From: a bacterium
GTDB lineage: Bacteria > Zhuqueibacterota > Zhuqueibacteria > Residuimicrobiales > Krinioviventaceae
NCBI GenBank assembly: GCA_963674595.2
Contig: CAXXFV010000007.1
Span: 32,001-96,000, forward strand
Direction of reading: 5' to 3'
Length of the DNA: 64,000 nucleotides
Part shown: piece by piece, positions 27,610 through 39,400 of the stretch
How the letters are laid out: each line of letters opens with the position of its first letter
How positions within the stretch are numbered: position 1 is the first letter of the stretch
Notes under the pieces: model-generated
What the model saw: only the letters and a program-made list of their open reading frames with translations
What the model was told of the DNA's origin: nothing
The model's database searches: none
Position numbers and translations under genes: made by a program

Positions 27610-28641
27610 CTATTTCTGATATTCTAAAAAACATTCATACATGGCAATAACATTATCAAGCGGGGTTTCCGGCATAACGCTGTGACTGGGGCCGCCGATA
27701 TAGCCGCCGTTAAATGAACCGAATAACTCGATCAGTTTTTTAACTTCATCCTTAACGTCCCGGGGGGTGCCGGTAATAAGCGTTCCCTGAACATCCACAC
27801 CGCCGTAAAAACATACCTTGCCGCCAAACTCTTTTGCCAGTGTCTCCACATTCATGGCCTGAGGCTGGACCGGATTAAGCACATTTAAACCAATATCAAT
27901 AAGGTCCGGTAAAATAGACTGAATATTTCCGCACAAGTGCATCCACACATGTGTTCCGCTTGATAAAACCCGGTCAAAAAGTTTTTTATAGGTGGGTTTG
28001 TAATATTTTCTCCAGTCTTCGGGATTTATCAGCAAACCCTTTTGGCTGCCCCAGTCATCTGAAAAAAAGATACCGTCAACTTTTCTTTCCAGCCATCTGT
28101 CAATAATTTCCAGAGTATAGTCAGTGATTTTATCGCGCAAATAGCAGAATTCCCTTTCATAAAGATAAGGGTCGATCAACATGTTTTCAAATCCTCTAAG
28201 CATCCACATTCTTTCAAAAAGTGTAAACCACACCGACGCCCGCACATAACGATCACCACGTTTTTCGAGAATAGGATCAACCTCATCAAAACGGTCATTG
28301 TTTGTGGCAGAAGGGAATGGATAGGAATCCAGCACGTGATAGCCTTCAACCAAAGGAAATTGTTCTGCTTTTGCTCCGAAACCATCATCTTCCCAGCCGG
28401 TTCCCCATTCATCCACCCAGGTTTTCATATTGTTGGTGGTTACAGGTTCTGTTTGATTTTGTGCTACATGAATGTCGACAATGATGTCGTCTTTAATCTG
28501 TTGCTGCAGTGACCTGATATAGTTTTTTTTGTCTGCATTATCTTCGGAAAGCCATGAAAGATCTGTGTTCAATATTGCTGGAATATATTCCGGTTTTTGA
28601 AACTGGATGGAACGGGTATAGTTCTCTTTTCCTGAAATCAT
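27610..28641 (-). CDS. Uroporphyrinogen decarboxylase/MtaA-CmuA family protein
   Basis: DEWG, LRGFEN, SDDWGSQ, HLCG, LNPVQP, GGVDVQ, GGYI..PSH. Confidence 0.85.
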   Translation of the reverse strand: MISGKENYTRSIQFQKPEYIPAILNTDLSWLSEDNADKKNYIRSLQQQIKDDIIVDIHVAQNQTEPVTTNNMKTWVDEWGTGWEDDGFGAKAEQFPLVEGYHVLDSYPFPSATNNDRFDEVDPILEKRGDRYVRASVWFTLFERMWMLRGFENMLIDPYLYEREFCYLRDKITDYTLEIIDRWLERKVDGIFFSDDWGSQKGLLINPEDWRKYYKPTYKKLFDRVLSSGTHVWMHLCGNIQSILPDLIDIGLNVLNPVQPQAMNVETLAKEFGGKVCFYGGVDVQGTLITGTPRDVKDEVKKLIELFGSFNGGYIGGPSHSVMPETPLDNVIAMYECFLEYQK

Positions 28642-28791
28642 TTTTCCTCCGAATGAATAGTCGTGTGGTGTGGATTAAAATAAAAGGAAATTCTACGAAT
28701 ATATCATTTAAAAAGCAAATAATTTGATTGTGAAATGAGATAATTTTTAACTTAAAATAAGGAGCTTGGATGGCAGGAAACAGGATATAAT

Positions 28792-28825
28792 AAAAAAGAG
28801 CCTTTTTAAAAAAGGCCCTTTTTTT
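28792..28825 (-). terminator. Intrinsic terminator of the C69 peptidase gene
   Basis: aaaaaagagccttttt / aaaaaggcccttttttt hairpin. Confidence 0.7.
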
Positions 28826-28856
28826 ATAAAATTTTTATAAAACAGGCTATATACTA

Positions 28857-30491
28857 CTATTCCTTTTTTTCGAGCTCTTTCATTTCAAAATGATCGCCTG
28901 TTTCATTAACAATTTTTTTATACCATGAAGCAGGGTATCCCGGATGTTTCACTTTGCCATGTTCATTTTTTACATTACCGTCCAGGAATTTATAAATTAA
29001 AAATTCACCCAGTTTTTTCCAGCGTTTAACCGTTTCGTTCCCGGTTGTTACGCTATAGTTTGTTAAATAATCAATCGCCAGTTGTGGTGATTGATTAAAA
29101 AGGGCCAGTGCTGCTTTATCGACGTTTCTAGTTTCAGCGGCAAATTTTCCTTCAAGTTGGCGTTGTACTTTTTGTACTTCCAGGATCATGTCGCTGTATC
29201 GTAAATAGGTATAATTTGAAACGAAATTAAAAACCCAGAAGGCGGATTCCCAGGTAAAATGCTGAAAATCCCCGGTCCCTACGGCATAACTTTCCGGTAT
29301 TCTATTGATCCCACAGTACATGGGTACATAGACAGTACTGTAGGTATCATCAACGCTGAACCACAGGATGCCGCCAATCGGGTCCGGCAACCATGATCTT
29401 GCCTGTGCAACAAAAGAAAACCCGGTTTGCTGGGTGGAAGTAGCGCGTTCATTACAGTATTTAACACTGTCAACAGACCATGTAAGAGGTCGCCATCGGT
29501 AGGGTAATTTATAGGGGCCGGCGCCAATGTCTTTGGTCATATCATAATCCGAACCTTCAAAATGGTCCCGCATCAATTCCATTACATCTCTGGATGAAAG
29601 TTTGTTGTCCGGTTTTATCCATAAAGGCATTGGTTTCGCATTGGGTACACCTTTAACATAATCCATGGAAAGATTTAAAGATGGTGCCGCCCTGTTGAAC
29701 ATACTCCAGACGCGTGCTTCACAAAAACGTAACGCACCATAATCAACCGGAGCATAGGCTTGAAAAAAACTAAAATCCTTGTCTTTACCATCAAACCAGC
29801 CTTTATCACGGGCCAGTTGGATGACATCTTTTTCATATAAACAGTTTTCAGGATCGTTAAGCGGGAATTGACTGATTCGGGCCTGATTGGCATGTGCACA
29901 GATATAACCATCCGGTATTTTTCGGGCAACCCACACGGCGCCTTTTTGCTCCGGTCCTTTGCCGATTATTTCCATAATCCAGACTTCATTGGGATCGGAA
30001 ATAGAAAAAGATTCTCCGGAACTATAGTAACCATATTCTGCCACCAGTTCGCCTATTATTTCGACTGCCTGGCGTGCTGTTTTTGCCCGCTGCAGGGTAA
30101 TATACATCAAACTTCCGTAATCCAAAATTCCTTTTGGATTTTTTAATTCCGATCTGCCGCCATAGGTTGTTTCACCGATGGATACCTGATGTTCATTCAT
30201 ATTGCCGACAACAGAATAGGTGTTTTCAACCTGTTTAATTTGACCGAGATACTTGCCTGTGTCCCATTCGTAAATATCGAGCATTTCATCCTTCAGATGG
30301 GTCGCAGCAGGTGTATAATATAACTCACCATACAGAACGTGAGAGTCCGCAGCATAAGTTATCATTGTTGATCCGTCAGCCGATGCGCCTTTTGTGATAA
30401 GAAAGTTGGTGCAGGGAAATAGCAATGTCGTATTGATAAACTGAAATACCATAATCAGCAGTGAATAAGAAAAAAAACGTCGCATTATCAA
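28857..30491 (-). CDS. C69 family dipeptidase (Ntn hydrolase)
   Basis: Signal peptide then CTNFLIT nucleophile Cys; MNEHQVSIGETT; ANQARI; MRDHFEG. Confidence 0.9.
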   Translation of the reverse strand: MIMRRFFSYSLLIMVFQFINTTLLFPCTNFLITKGASADGSTMITYAADSHVLYGELYYTPAATHLKDEMLDIYEWDTGKYLGQIKQVENTYSVVGNMNEHQVSIGETTYGGRSELKNPKGILDYGSLMYITLQRAKTARQAVEIIGELVAEYGYYSSGESFSISDPNEVWIMEIIGKGPEQKGAVWVARKIPDGYICAHANQARISQFPLNDPENCLYEKDVIQLARDKGWFDGKDKDFSFFQAYAPVDYGALRFCEARVWSMFNRAAPSLNLSMDYVKGVPNAKPMPLWIKPDNKLSSRDVMELMRDHFEGSDYDMTKDIGAGPYKLPYRWRPLTWSVDSVKYCNERATSTQQTGFSFVAQARSWLPDPIGGILWFSVDDTYSTVYVPMYCGINRIPESYAVGTGDFQHFTWESAFWVFNFVSNYTYLRYSDMILEVQKVQRQLEGKFAAETRNVDKAALALFNQSPQLAIDYLTNYSVTTGNETVKRWKKLGEFLIYKFLDGNVKNEHGKVKHPGYPASWYKKIVNETGDHFEMKELEKKE

Positions 30492-30576
30492 TTCTTCCTT
30501 TAGTGTTTTGTGTTGGTCAGGAAATGTACAATTTCGGTTTTTAGATTTTATTTAAAAATGTGGTTTAGAGCACCTA

Positions 30577-31110
30577 TCAGCCAGTATAGGGAGAAACGGT
30601 CACAGTCACATTTACGGCATCGGCAACATCCTCCAACTCTTCTTTCCATTTGTGATAGGGCAGGTCAGGAGGAGCTACAACAATAGCCTTTAACGTGAAA
30701 AGAGAGGTTCCGCTCATTGGGGCTGGAACCATACTGGTATCAACAGATTCCAAATTAATTCCCTTATTGGCCAAATAACTTGTAACACGGTATATAATTC
30801 CCTCGTGGTCGCCACCCTTAACTTCAACCTGGTAAGGAATCCACCCCGAATATTTTTGTGACGAAATAATGTCTGTTTCCCGAATGGTTATTAAAAAACC
30901 TTCACTTACAAGCTTTAACAGACTTTTTTGCAATTTTTCCTGTTTTTCAGGATCAACGGCAATCAGCATCAAAACAGCAAATTCACCACCCAGATGCGCC
31001 ATTTTACTTGATTCCACATTGCCATTGTAGGATAAAATAATTTCCGTGATATGTTCAACAATACCAATTCGGTCAGGACCGGTTAATGTTAGAACAAGGT
31101 GCATGCCCAT
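30577..31110 (-). CDS. gcvR: Tandem ACT domain protein, GcvR-like
   Basis: GPDRIGIV, SKMAHLGGEFA, GGDHEGII. Confidence 0.8.
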   Translation of the reverse strand: MGMHLVLTLTGPDRIGIVEHITEIILSYNGNVESSKMAHLGGEFAVLMLIAVDPEKQEKLQKSLLKLVSEGFLITIRETDIISSQKYSGWIPYQVEVKGGDHEGIIYRVTSYLANKGINLESVDTSMVPAPMSGTSLFTLKAIVVAPPDLPYHKWKEELEDVADAVNVTVTVSPYTG

Positions 31111-31249
31111 ATTTTTTTCTCCCTTTTGTCCGTGTATAAAAAAATATAATTGCTGATATTTTTATTTGTCAAACAATGTACAAGTCTAAAATGTTTTATT
31201 CAATAATTTTAATTGAAAAGAATAAATTAGAGCAGATTTTAAAAAGTGT

Positions 31250-33265
31250 TTAGATAGATAGGGGAGTTTCATAATGTTGAGGAAATTTGATTTTAAATAA
31301 TGTACCGTTATCCCGAATGATTTTTATTTGCCCCTCCAGTTGATTTACGAGAATAGAGACAAGTTTTAAACCTAATGAATCGGCATGATCCAGGTCTATA
31401 TCTGCCGGTAAACCAATCCCGTCGTCTTTAACAATTAACTCAATTTGGTTATTGCTTGTAAAATTGAGAGAAATAAATATACTTCCTTTTTGGTGCGGGA
31501 ATGCATAAGTCAGAGCATTTGTAAATAACTCGTTTATTATTAAACCGCATGGTATCGCTTTATTTATATCCAGGAAAATATCTTTTGTATCCAGAATTAT
31601 TGAAATTTCATTATTATAATTATATAATTGATTCAGTTCTTTAGACATGGTGTCGATATAGTCTTTAAAGTTGATTTCTGAAAAGTCATCGGATTGATAC
31701 AATTTATCGTGGACATGCGCCATAGACCGAATACGGTCCTGACAAATTTTTAAAGCATGACCGGTAAGATTTTTTGTGCTTGAATTCAAAAGTTGGAGAT
31801 TTATAAGACTTGTTATGATATTCAGGTTGTTTTTGACTCTGTGATGTATCTCTTTTAGCAGGATTTTTTTTTCGTCCAGGCTCTTTTTAATATGCAGTTC
31901 TGTTTTTTTACGTTCTGTAATGTCCCTTAAAATACCTTGTATCGCGACACCTTTTTTATAAGAAACGAGAGAAACAGAAACCTCCACTTCTATTTTTTTA
32001 TTATTTTTGGTTTGTGCTGTCAATTCATATCTGTGATTTACCGGGGTATCTGCAGTTAAATTTTTAACCCGTTCGCTTATGTAGGCTTTACTTTCCGGCG
32101 CCACCAATTTCATAAAATGGAAATCCTTTGAATAGATTTCTTTTGGTGTATAACCAAAAAGTTCAATAAAAGTTTGATTAACAAATTGAAATCTGTTATT
32201 ATGTACTAAAAAAATTATATCTTTGGATTGCTCAACCAGGGACCGGTACTTTTCTTCGCTCTCCCGAAGGGCTTTTTCAACTTTTTTTAATATTGTAATA
32301 TCCAGTGCAACCGCTATAAATACAGGTTCATTGGATGGACCTTTTTCAAGTAATGCTGCTGAAACCAGGGCTGTAAATTTGGTGCCGTCGTTTTTTAACA
32401 GTTCAAATTCCTGTAACCGGGTTGAGTGACCGGTTGTCATTAATTTTTTAAATTCTTGGGCAAGAAGTGAACGACTGGAAGGTGAAACCAGTTGTTCGAC
32501 ACTATCTACATATTTGAGCAATTCCGCCACGTTTTTATAACCGTGTAAATCTGCTAAAAATGAATTTGCATACAAAATTTTTTGTTGAACATTTCCTAAT
32601 AAAATTCCAGTTGGTGACATTTCTAAAATTGTTCGGTATAACTCTTCTGCCGAATATGTCATTTCCTGATATTTTTTCATACTATTAACAAGATAACTTA
32701 TGGATATTGAAACTGCCGAAGCAATAAACACAAAATTAATACTTGAAGTTGTCCAGTCGTGTAATTGAATAATCTGATTGTTAAAGTATGGATTGTTAAC
32801 CAGTTGATTTTGAATTGTGGTGTGGTATACTCCGGCTAAGAGGATTGTTATAAAACTTGCAATTATTGATGCAATGGTTGCCCGATAATTCAAAAAAATA
32901 GTGGTCATACCTATAAAACCAAATAAAAATAATCTGCCGTCCCCATATAAACTCGTATTCGCTAAACTAATGACAGCTAAAATATAAAATATTAAAAGAA
33001 TTGTAGAAACACGGAAAGGATAGGAAGCTTTTGAGCGGTTTATGATCAAGAGTGCAATATAGATGGTTGTATAAAAAATTGAAAGAGAGAGAAATAGTTT
33101 TATATTTTGATGGTTTTGATATCTGTAATAAGCAGTAAAAATGCCAAATATTAAAAGAGGGGCCCCTAATATCGTTATTCCGTTTAAAATTTGTTTCAGC
33201 ACATTTTCCTGCCATGTTTTGAATGAAAAAGATGACGTTGGTTGTTTAAAATATGCTGAAATCAT
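31250..33265 (-). CDS. Membrane PAS-domain sensor histidine kinase (HisKA_2 type)
   Basis: N-terminal TM helices, two PAS domains, EIHHRVKNNL, INELFTNA, DDGIG, SLGL. Confidence 0.9.
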   Translation of the reverse strand: MISAYFKQPTSSFSFKTWQENVLKQILNGITILGAPLLIFGIFTAYYRYQNHQNIKLFLSLSIFYTTIYIALLIINRSKASYPFRVSTILLIFYILAVISLANTSLYGDGRLFLFGFIGMTTIFLNYRATIASIIASFITILLAGVYHTTIQNQLVNNPYFNNQIIQLHDWTTSSINFVFIASAVSISISYLVNSMKKYQEMTYSAEELYRTILEMSPTGILLGNVQQKILYANSFLADLHGYKNVAELLKYVDSVEQLVSPSSRSLLAQEFKKLMTTGHSTRLQEFELLKNDGTKFTALVSAALLEKGPSNEPVFIAVALDITILKKVEKALRESEEKYRSLVEQSKDIIFLVHNNRFQFVNQTFIELFGYTPKEIYSKDFHFMKLVAPESKAYISERVKNLTADTPVNHRYELTAQTKNNKKIEVEVSVSLVSYKKGVAIQGILRDITERKKTELHIKKSLDEKKILLKEIHHRVKNNLNIITSLINLQLLNSSTKNLTGHALKICQDRIRSMAHVHDKLYQSDDFSEINFKDYIDTMSKELNQLYNYNNEISIILDTKDIFLDINKAIPCGLIINELFTNALTYAFPHQKGSIFISLNFTSNNQIELIVKDDGIGLPADIDLDHADSLGLKLVSILVNQLEGQIKIIRDNGTLFKIKFPQHYETPLSI

Positions 33266-33452
33266 ATTCGGCGCTTTCTCAAGTATTCCAGGGCTTTTAG
33301 TGTATAGCCATATAATACAAGTACTAAAGAAAACTAGATTCTATTTATTTTGATGTATATAATTCCTTGTAATTTAATTTCATTATAAAATAGTACAATA
33401 TCAATATTTTTTTGATAAAAAAAGTTGGTACTTTTGTAACATTAATATTTTT

Positions 33453-36269
33453 TTAGGGCAAGTTTGATGACGCTCCTAACCTGGCATTGTTATACCAAAT
33501 AGTATAGTCGCTCGTTGTGACCTGTCCGTCGAGGTTTATATCGCTAACTTTATAGCCTGATTCTCCGATCCGTGCTGAATTGTACCAGGTTGTATAGTCT
33601 GTGGTCGTAATTTCGCCGTCCTGATTAACATCACCGGCACAGACGCACCAATATGTTGATTCCTGTTTTTTTGCACTTGAAGCGGAATGGTAAAGTGTAC
33701 TGTCTGAAATAAAATTAATGTTCGTTGTTGTGGTCCAGTCGAAATAGACCGGGTCTTTTGTCATAATTGTCAGATGGTTTCTGTGACGAACAGCCACATA
33801 ATAACTGTCAGCCACAGCATTCATTATTATTTGTGTGGTTGTGCCGTCATCAGCAACGATCTGGCCGTTATTTTTGAGTAAAGCGCTTTTCGTGGCAATG
33901 ATGCTGTCTTTGCTGGTATTGTAAAGTTGCACCATAACCCAGTCGATAATATTAGCCGGCATTGATGAAACGCCTCTGTTGGGATATGCCGGGTCCTGTG
34001 TATAGGGCGAAGACGTTGGCACGGTTATGCTCGTTGTCATAAGTCCGGAGCTGTTATAAGCGCCTTCCAGTAATATTTTAATATTTGCAAACACGCGTGA
34101 TACGTCAATGGTTTGATTAACGGGAATATTTTGCAATTCCAGAATCGAATTATCCGTAAACTGGGCAACAATGTCAACCGTATCATTTGCTGCTGCACCA
34201 AAGTGCAGGGCTGTTTGGTTTTGGCTGATATAGGCGGTATTTGAAACAGACTGCTGAAATCCCAACATTTTACTGCTGTTGTTGATATACCCGCGTTCAT
34301 ATACTTTAACCTTGGTGCCAAAACCGCCGTAATCACCGGCAGGCCCATGACAAAGGATATCTATCCAGTTATAACTTGTTACGGATTCATTGTGTAATAA
34401 ATAATTTTGGCCGTCTGCGCAAGCAAAATAAAGGTCCAGTTTACCGTCATTATCAATATCTGCATAAGCCCCTGCCCTTGGGTCAACGGTTCCCACTTCA
34501 ACACCGGTGGAACTTTGGAGTGTGAGTGTTCCTGTTCCATCGTTTAAATACAATTCCGGTCTGGTCCCTGGCTCTTTTTCATCATTCCTTAGCAAAACCA
34601 AATCCAAATCAGCGTCGTTTTCAACATCTAAAAAGACCGGAGAATAGCCGCTGACTCTTATTCCCATCGCTGCTGATGCGTCAGAAAATACACCACTGCC
34701 GTTATTAACATACACTCTTAAATATGGCAAGTCAGTATCGGTTGTCATTTTTTCGTTCATGACAAACAAATCCAGATCGCCGTCGTTGTCATAGTCTGCA
34801 AAGGTCGCTCCTTTGGAACGGCCGTCCAGGTTCACACCACGTGCCGCTGCATCTTCAGTGAAATTTCCGGAACCATCGTTTATAAAAAGATGGTTATTGG
34901 CTTCACGACGGCAGCAATAAATATCAACATCCCCGTCATTGTCCACGTCGGCAACGGTTACACCCTGTTTGATTTCAGAATCACCCTCTGCACCTCTCGT
35001 CACCAGCGTCATTCTTCCGGTTCCGTCGTTAAAATACATTTTATTCGGGTTTTCAGCATCGTTTATATACATATCCATAAAACCATCGTTGTTAAAGTCT
35101 GCTGCTACAGCGCCTTTCGCACGGTTTAAATCCGTAGAAATACCGGCCCAGTCCGTTATATTGGTGAAACTACCGGTACCGTCGTTTCTGTACATTGCAT
35201 CTCGTCCCAATGCACTGCCGTCGGTTTCCTGCATATTGGCAAAATAGGCATCCAGATCGCCGTCGTTATCAAAATCCGCCGTTACAATTGCATGCGTCAT
35301 ACCCGTATCTGCTGTACCTTTGGAGCTTGCCACTTCGGCAAACGACAGTCCTCCCTGGTTCATATACAATAAATCCGGCACTTGACTATCCCAGAGGCCG
35401 TTACTTACAAACAGGTCATAATATCCGTCCTGATCAACATCGGCAAAAGAAGCCCCATGTCCGTAGCCGCTGCCATTATATCCTATTGTACCTGAACCAT
35501 CTGTAACATTTGTAAAAAATATTTCTGTGCTGGGAGTGCCGCCGCTGTCTTTGGTATAAATTTTTACGTTTTTGTAAATGACACCCGGCATGCCAATGTA
35601 GACATTGTCTTTTCCTAAAAATATCCAGCGAAATGGTTCCACCTGGTTATTAAAGTTTAAAGTGGCTTTAAGATTATTATCCAGAACGCAATAGATATTA
35701 GTGGTTGTCCACACGATTTTAAATTCATAAATTGCACCTAAATCCCATGTTGCGGATTGCATGATTCTGACTTCTTCACGTGAATCCAAATGTTGGGGCG
35801 CGGCTAAAAATTTAAAACCGGCTACACCCGGTCCATCGGAATAGCTTGTTCCTGTTCTTATATTCCACCAGGAACCGGTTGTATAAAAAATATCTTTACT
35901 TCCGTTTTCCTGAGAATAAAGGTTGATGATCTGGTGTTTTGCACCGACATTTTGTGAAACCGGGTCAAAATTGGTCACCTGAACAACCATGGTTCCTTCA
36001 AAAGGCAGTCCGGTTGGTAATGTTATTTTTAGCTGACTGGATGTTGATGTTGATTTCCAGCCACCGCCTGATTGAAAACTGCCGCCGTTATTGGTAACAT
36101 AGCCGATACTTGTATTTCCGGCTGCATCCAAATTGGAAGAATATAATAATAGTGTGTGATCCGGGTAGGTTTGTGCATTTAAAAATGTTGTGTTGAAAAA
36201 TAAGGTAAAGAATAGAATATAGCCGGGAAATAGCTTTAATTTTTTTAAAAGTTTTAATGATAATTGCAT
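33453..36269 (-). CDS. Secreted FG-GAP/CRTAC1-ASPIC-like repeat protein with C-terminal dockerin-like module
   Basis: Repeated DxDNDGDLD motifs, ASPIC-like LHFG segment, terminal GDVNQDG / SDINLDG pair. Confidence 0.85.
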   Translation of the reverse strand: MQLSLKLLKKLKLFPGYILFFTLFFNTTFLNAQTYPDHTLLLYSSNLDAAGNTSIGYVTNNGGSFQSGGGWKSTSTSSQLKITLPTGLPFEGTMVVQVTNFDPVSQNVGAKHQIINLYSQENGSKDIFYTTGSWWNIRTGTSYSDGPGVAGFKFLAAPQHLDSREEVRIMQSATWDLGAIYEFKIVWTTTNIYCVLDNNLKATLNFNNQVEPFRWIFLGKDNVYIGMPGVIYKNVKIYTKDSGGTPSTEIFFTNVTDGSGTIGYNGSGYGHGASFADVDQDGYYDLFVSNGLWDSQVPDLLYMNQGGLSFAEVASSKGTADTGMTHAIVTADFDNDGDLDAYFANMQETDGSALGRDAMYRNDGTGSFTNITDWAGISTDLNRAKGAVAADFNNDGFMDMYINDAENPNKMYFNDGTGRMTLVTRGAEGDSEIKQGVTVADVDNDGDVDIYCCRREANNHLFINDGSGNFTEDAAARGVNLDGRSKGATFADYDNDGDLDLFVMNEKMTTDTDLPYLRVYVNNGSGVFSDASAAMGIRVSGYSPVFLDVENDADLDLVLLRNDEKEPGTRPELYLNDGTGTLTLQSSTGVEVGTVDPRAGAYADIDNDGKLDLYFACADGQNYLLHNESVTSYNWIDILCHGPAGDYGGFGTKVKVYERGYINNSSKMLGFQQSVSNTAYISQNQTALHFGAAANDTVDIVAQFTDNSILELQNIPVNQTIDVSRVFANIKILLEGAYNSSGLMTTSITVPTSSPYTQDPAYPNRGVSSMPANIIDWVMVQLYNTSKDSIIATKSALLKNNGQIVADDGTTTQIIMNAVADSYYVAVRHRNHLTIMTKDPVYFDWTTTTNINFISDSTLYHSASSAKKQESTYWCVCAGDVNQDGEITTTDYTTWYNSARIGESGYKVSDINLDGQVTTSDYTIWYNNARLGASSNLP

Positions 36270-36422
36270 TATAAGGCCCAGTTTTTACATGTGGTTATCT
36301 GTAAATTTATGAATATAATACTAGAATTTAATTAAATTTTGGAAAAATTAGTATTATTAATTTGAAATATTTTGACTCGGGTCAATTTATTCCATTTTTT
36401 ATTATTTTATAAAAACCATTCA

Positions 36423-39400
36423 CTATTTCAAGATAATCATTTTTTTAGTTTTTTCAAAGCGATCCATTTTGATATAGTATAAATAAACTCCGGATGGCAA
36501 GTCTTTTGCCTCAAAGGTAATTTTATAGGAACCGGGTTCTTTTTCATTATCCAAAAGTGTTTTTATTTTTCTGCCCAACAGGTCAAAAACACTCAAAGAG
36601 ACATGACATTTTTCCTTTACATCAAAACATATCGTTGTTGCCGGATTAAACGGATTCGGATAATTTTGATATAATTGGAACGTTTTAGGTAATAATTCGT
36701 CAGTACCCGGATTTTCTGTAACAGAGGTAATGTTGATATTAATTTGAATAGTCGCATAAATACCTGTCAAAGTATCTGTTGCTGTTATATAAAATGTACC
36801 ATACTCCTCTCCGGCAATATAAAAGCCGCTGGAATCTATTGTCCCGCCGGTTGCGCTCCACAAAACGCCTATATCCATTGTTATGTTATTTTGATCATAA
36901 CCGACAGCGTAAAAATATAATGAATCTCCGGGACTTATTGAAACAGAATCCGGGAAAATTGCAACAGACTGCAGGACCGGTGTACTGGCGATAACAAGTA
37001 ATGTGTCGTTAAAAGTGTGGGACGTGTTTTGTTCTATCGCTTCAATAAAAACCTTATTTTGTATTCCATCTGTTGTTCCTTCCTGAACTTTTAATGCAAC
37101 AAAAACCATAGCGCCCATATTATCTGAATAATTGACTGCAAAGGAGGCTGGTGAGGTGAGCCAGCCATTTTCATCTGAAACGTTTATGGTAACAGAACCG
37201 TTCAGGTTTTTAAAATTTTGAAAGGCCAGTGCTACAGAATCCTGGGACCCTGGTGAAATATACAGGGTATCTTTTTCGACCGATCCTATAAATTCAGGTT
37301 CTGCTTCAAGCCAGTTTGTATAATCCGCTGATCCAAATATTTCGTTTGCATTAGGGCCGGATGCGGAACCCCACCAGTTAAGGCTTGCTTCTATTGATAC
37401 AGAGGGATCTGTATTAATTAAATCATACCCGGAGTTGCTGTGAATACTGTTATATTGAATAATCGGATTTGATCCTTTTTCACAGTAAATGCCGTCACCC
37501 AGATCATTAATAATCCTGTTTCCTGAAATATCGGATGTTGAATTTACCAGATGAAAGCCTGAATTTCCGCTGTTTTCATAGACATTATTGCTTCTTTCAA
37601 TATTTCGCCATGTATGGTGCGGTGAATTGATTATAATAAATCCCGGACAATTGTGGGCAATGGTATTGTTATAAATTCGGTTACTCCTTGCCGTTTCAAT
37701 ATGAATTCCAGTGGAGTCATTAAACATAATTTTATTTTGAATAATCGTATTCCAGTTAGTCTCTCTGAGAATGATGCCGACGCCGGTGTTTCCCAAATCA
37801 CTTAAACCGTCAGATTGGGTTCCTATATAGTTAAGATGAATATGGTTTTCACTGCCCCCTGAAATTGAAAGACCATGGCCGTTATTACCGGAAATAATGT
37901 TTCTTTCGCCCAGAATCCGTGAACCAATAACATTATCATCACACCCCCACAGTAATGAAATCCCTTTTTGATTGGGAATGGCATAATTTGCAAAAAAATC
38001 AGCACCTACAACATTGCCGATGATTTTCGTATAGTCCGAAGCTGTGATAAAGATTCCGTATTCAGAATTGCCGGAAACAACGTTAAATTCAATTCGGGTG
38101 CTGTCTGACATGCTCACATTTATCCCGTTCTTGTAATTTGGAACTGCTTCACTACCGTTTTTATTCGTTCCAATACAATTGTTTTTGACAAGACAATGAT
38201 CAGACCAATAAATATTTACACCATTTTTCGAATTTCCTGATATTATATTGCTTTCAATAAAAGTAGAATCAGAGTGCTGGATAACACGGATGCCGTTATC
38301 CAGGTTACCTATAGGTCGATTTTCATCAACCATCCCTATCAGGTTTCTGTAAATTTTGTTATTTTTGGAATTGTTGATCGATACACCGTTTTCTTCATTT
38401 CCTGCAATGATATTGGGCGGAATATTAATGTCCAAACTGCCGATTGTATTTGCCTTTGTATATTGTTCCATTAAAATTCCATTCGAGTGATTTGGTTCAT
38501 TATTCGCCGCAATTTGATATAGACCAATTTGGTTATTAATAATTATATTGTCATGTCCGGAGGACAGGTAAATTCCGTTTTCTCCATTACCGCATATATA
38601 ATTTTTATCTTCAGGATTTGGTCCTCCAATCGTATTATAACTGCTTCTTATATCAATACCATTTGTACCATTTGCAGTTGTTTGACCCAACATATTTACG
38701 CCCACCCAGTTGGAAACAACACGATTACTGTCCGCTCCAGTATTAAGAATAATTCCCTCATCTTCATTACCGGAAACCCAGTTATCGCGAACGAGACAAC
38801 TGTCGGCATAAGACAGGTGAATGCCATAACCGTTTTGAATTGCAGATGTACCGGATTCATCAAGTCCAACCATATTATATTGTACTGTATTGTACCTTGA
38901 GTCGTAAAGACCTATGCCTGCCATGTTGTTGTCTATGCATATATTTCCTGCTCTTCGTGCAGACGTGTCGGCATCTGCACGCATTGATCCGATTTGGTTA
39001 TAATTTCCATATAGGACTGAAATCCCATCAGCAAAACATCTGGATACGGTATTGCTGTATATTTTATTTCTTTGAACGCCTCTACCCTCCAGCCGAATTC
39101 CATGAGCAAAATTTGTTACAAAATTATCGTGAACAATACAATCTTTAACTGATTCTCCATACAAGAGTATACCGGCACCTCCCAGTTCTCTGCTAAGAAC
39201 TGAAAATCCGGCAATTTCTGTTGAATCCCTTTGTACATAAAATGAAATATGTTCATATAATGGTTCGTCATTGACTTTATTTAATGATTCTTCAGGAGGA
39301 GGGATGACAACTGTAACATCCCGCCCATGTGTACTTTTAATCTTTAGTGATTTTGGGAGCGTGACGTTTTCTTCATATACTCCCGGACATACGCTTATAT

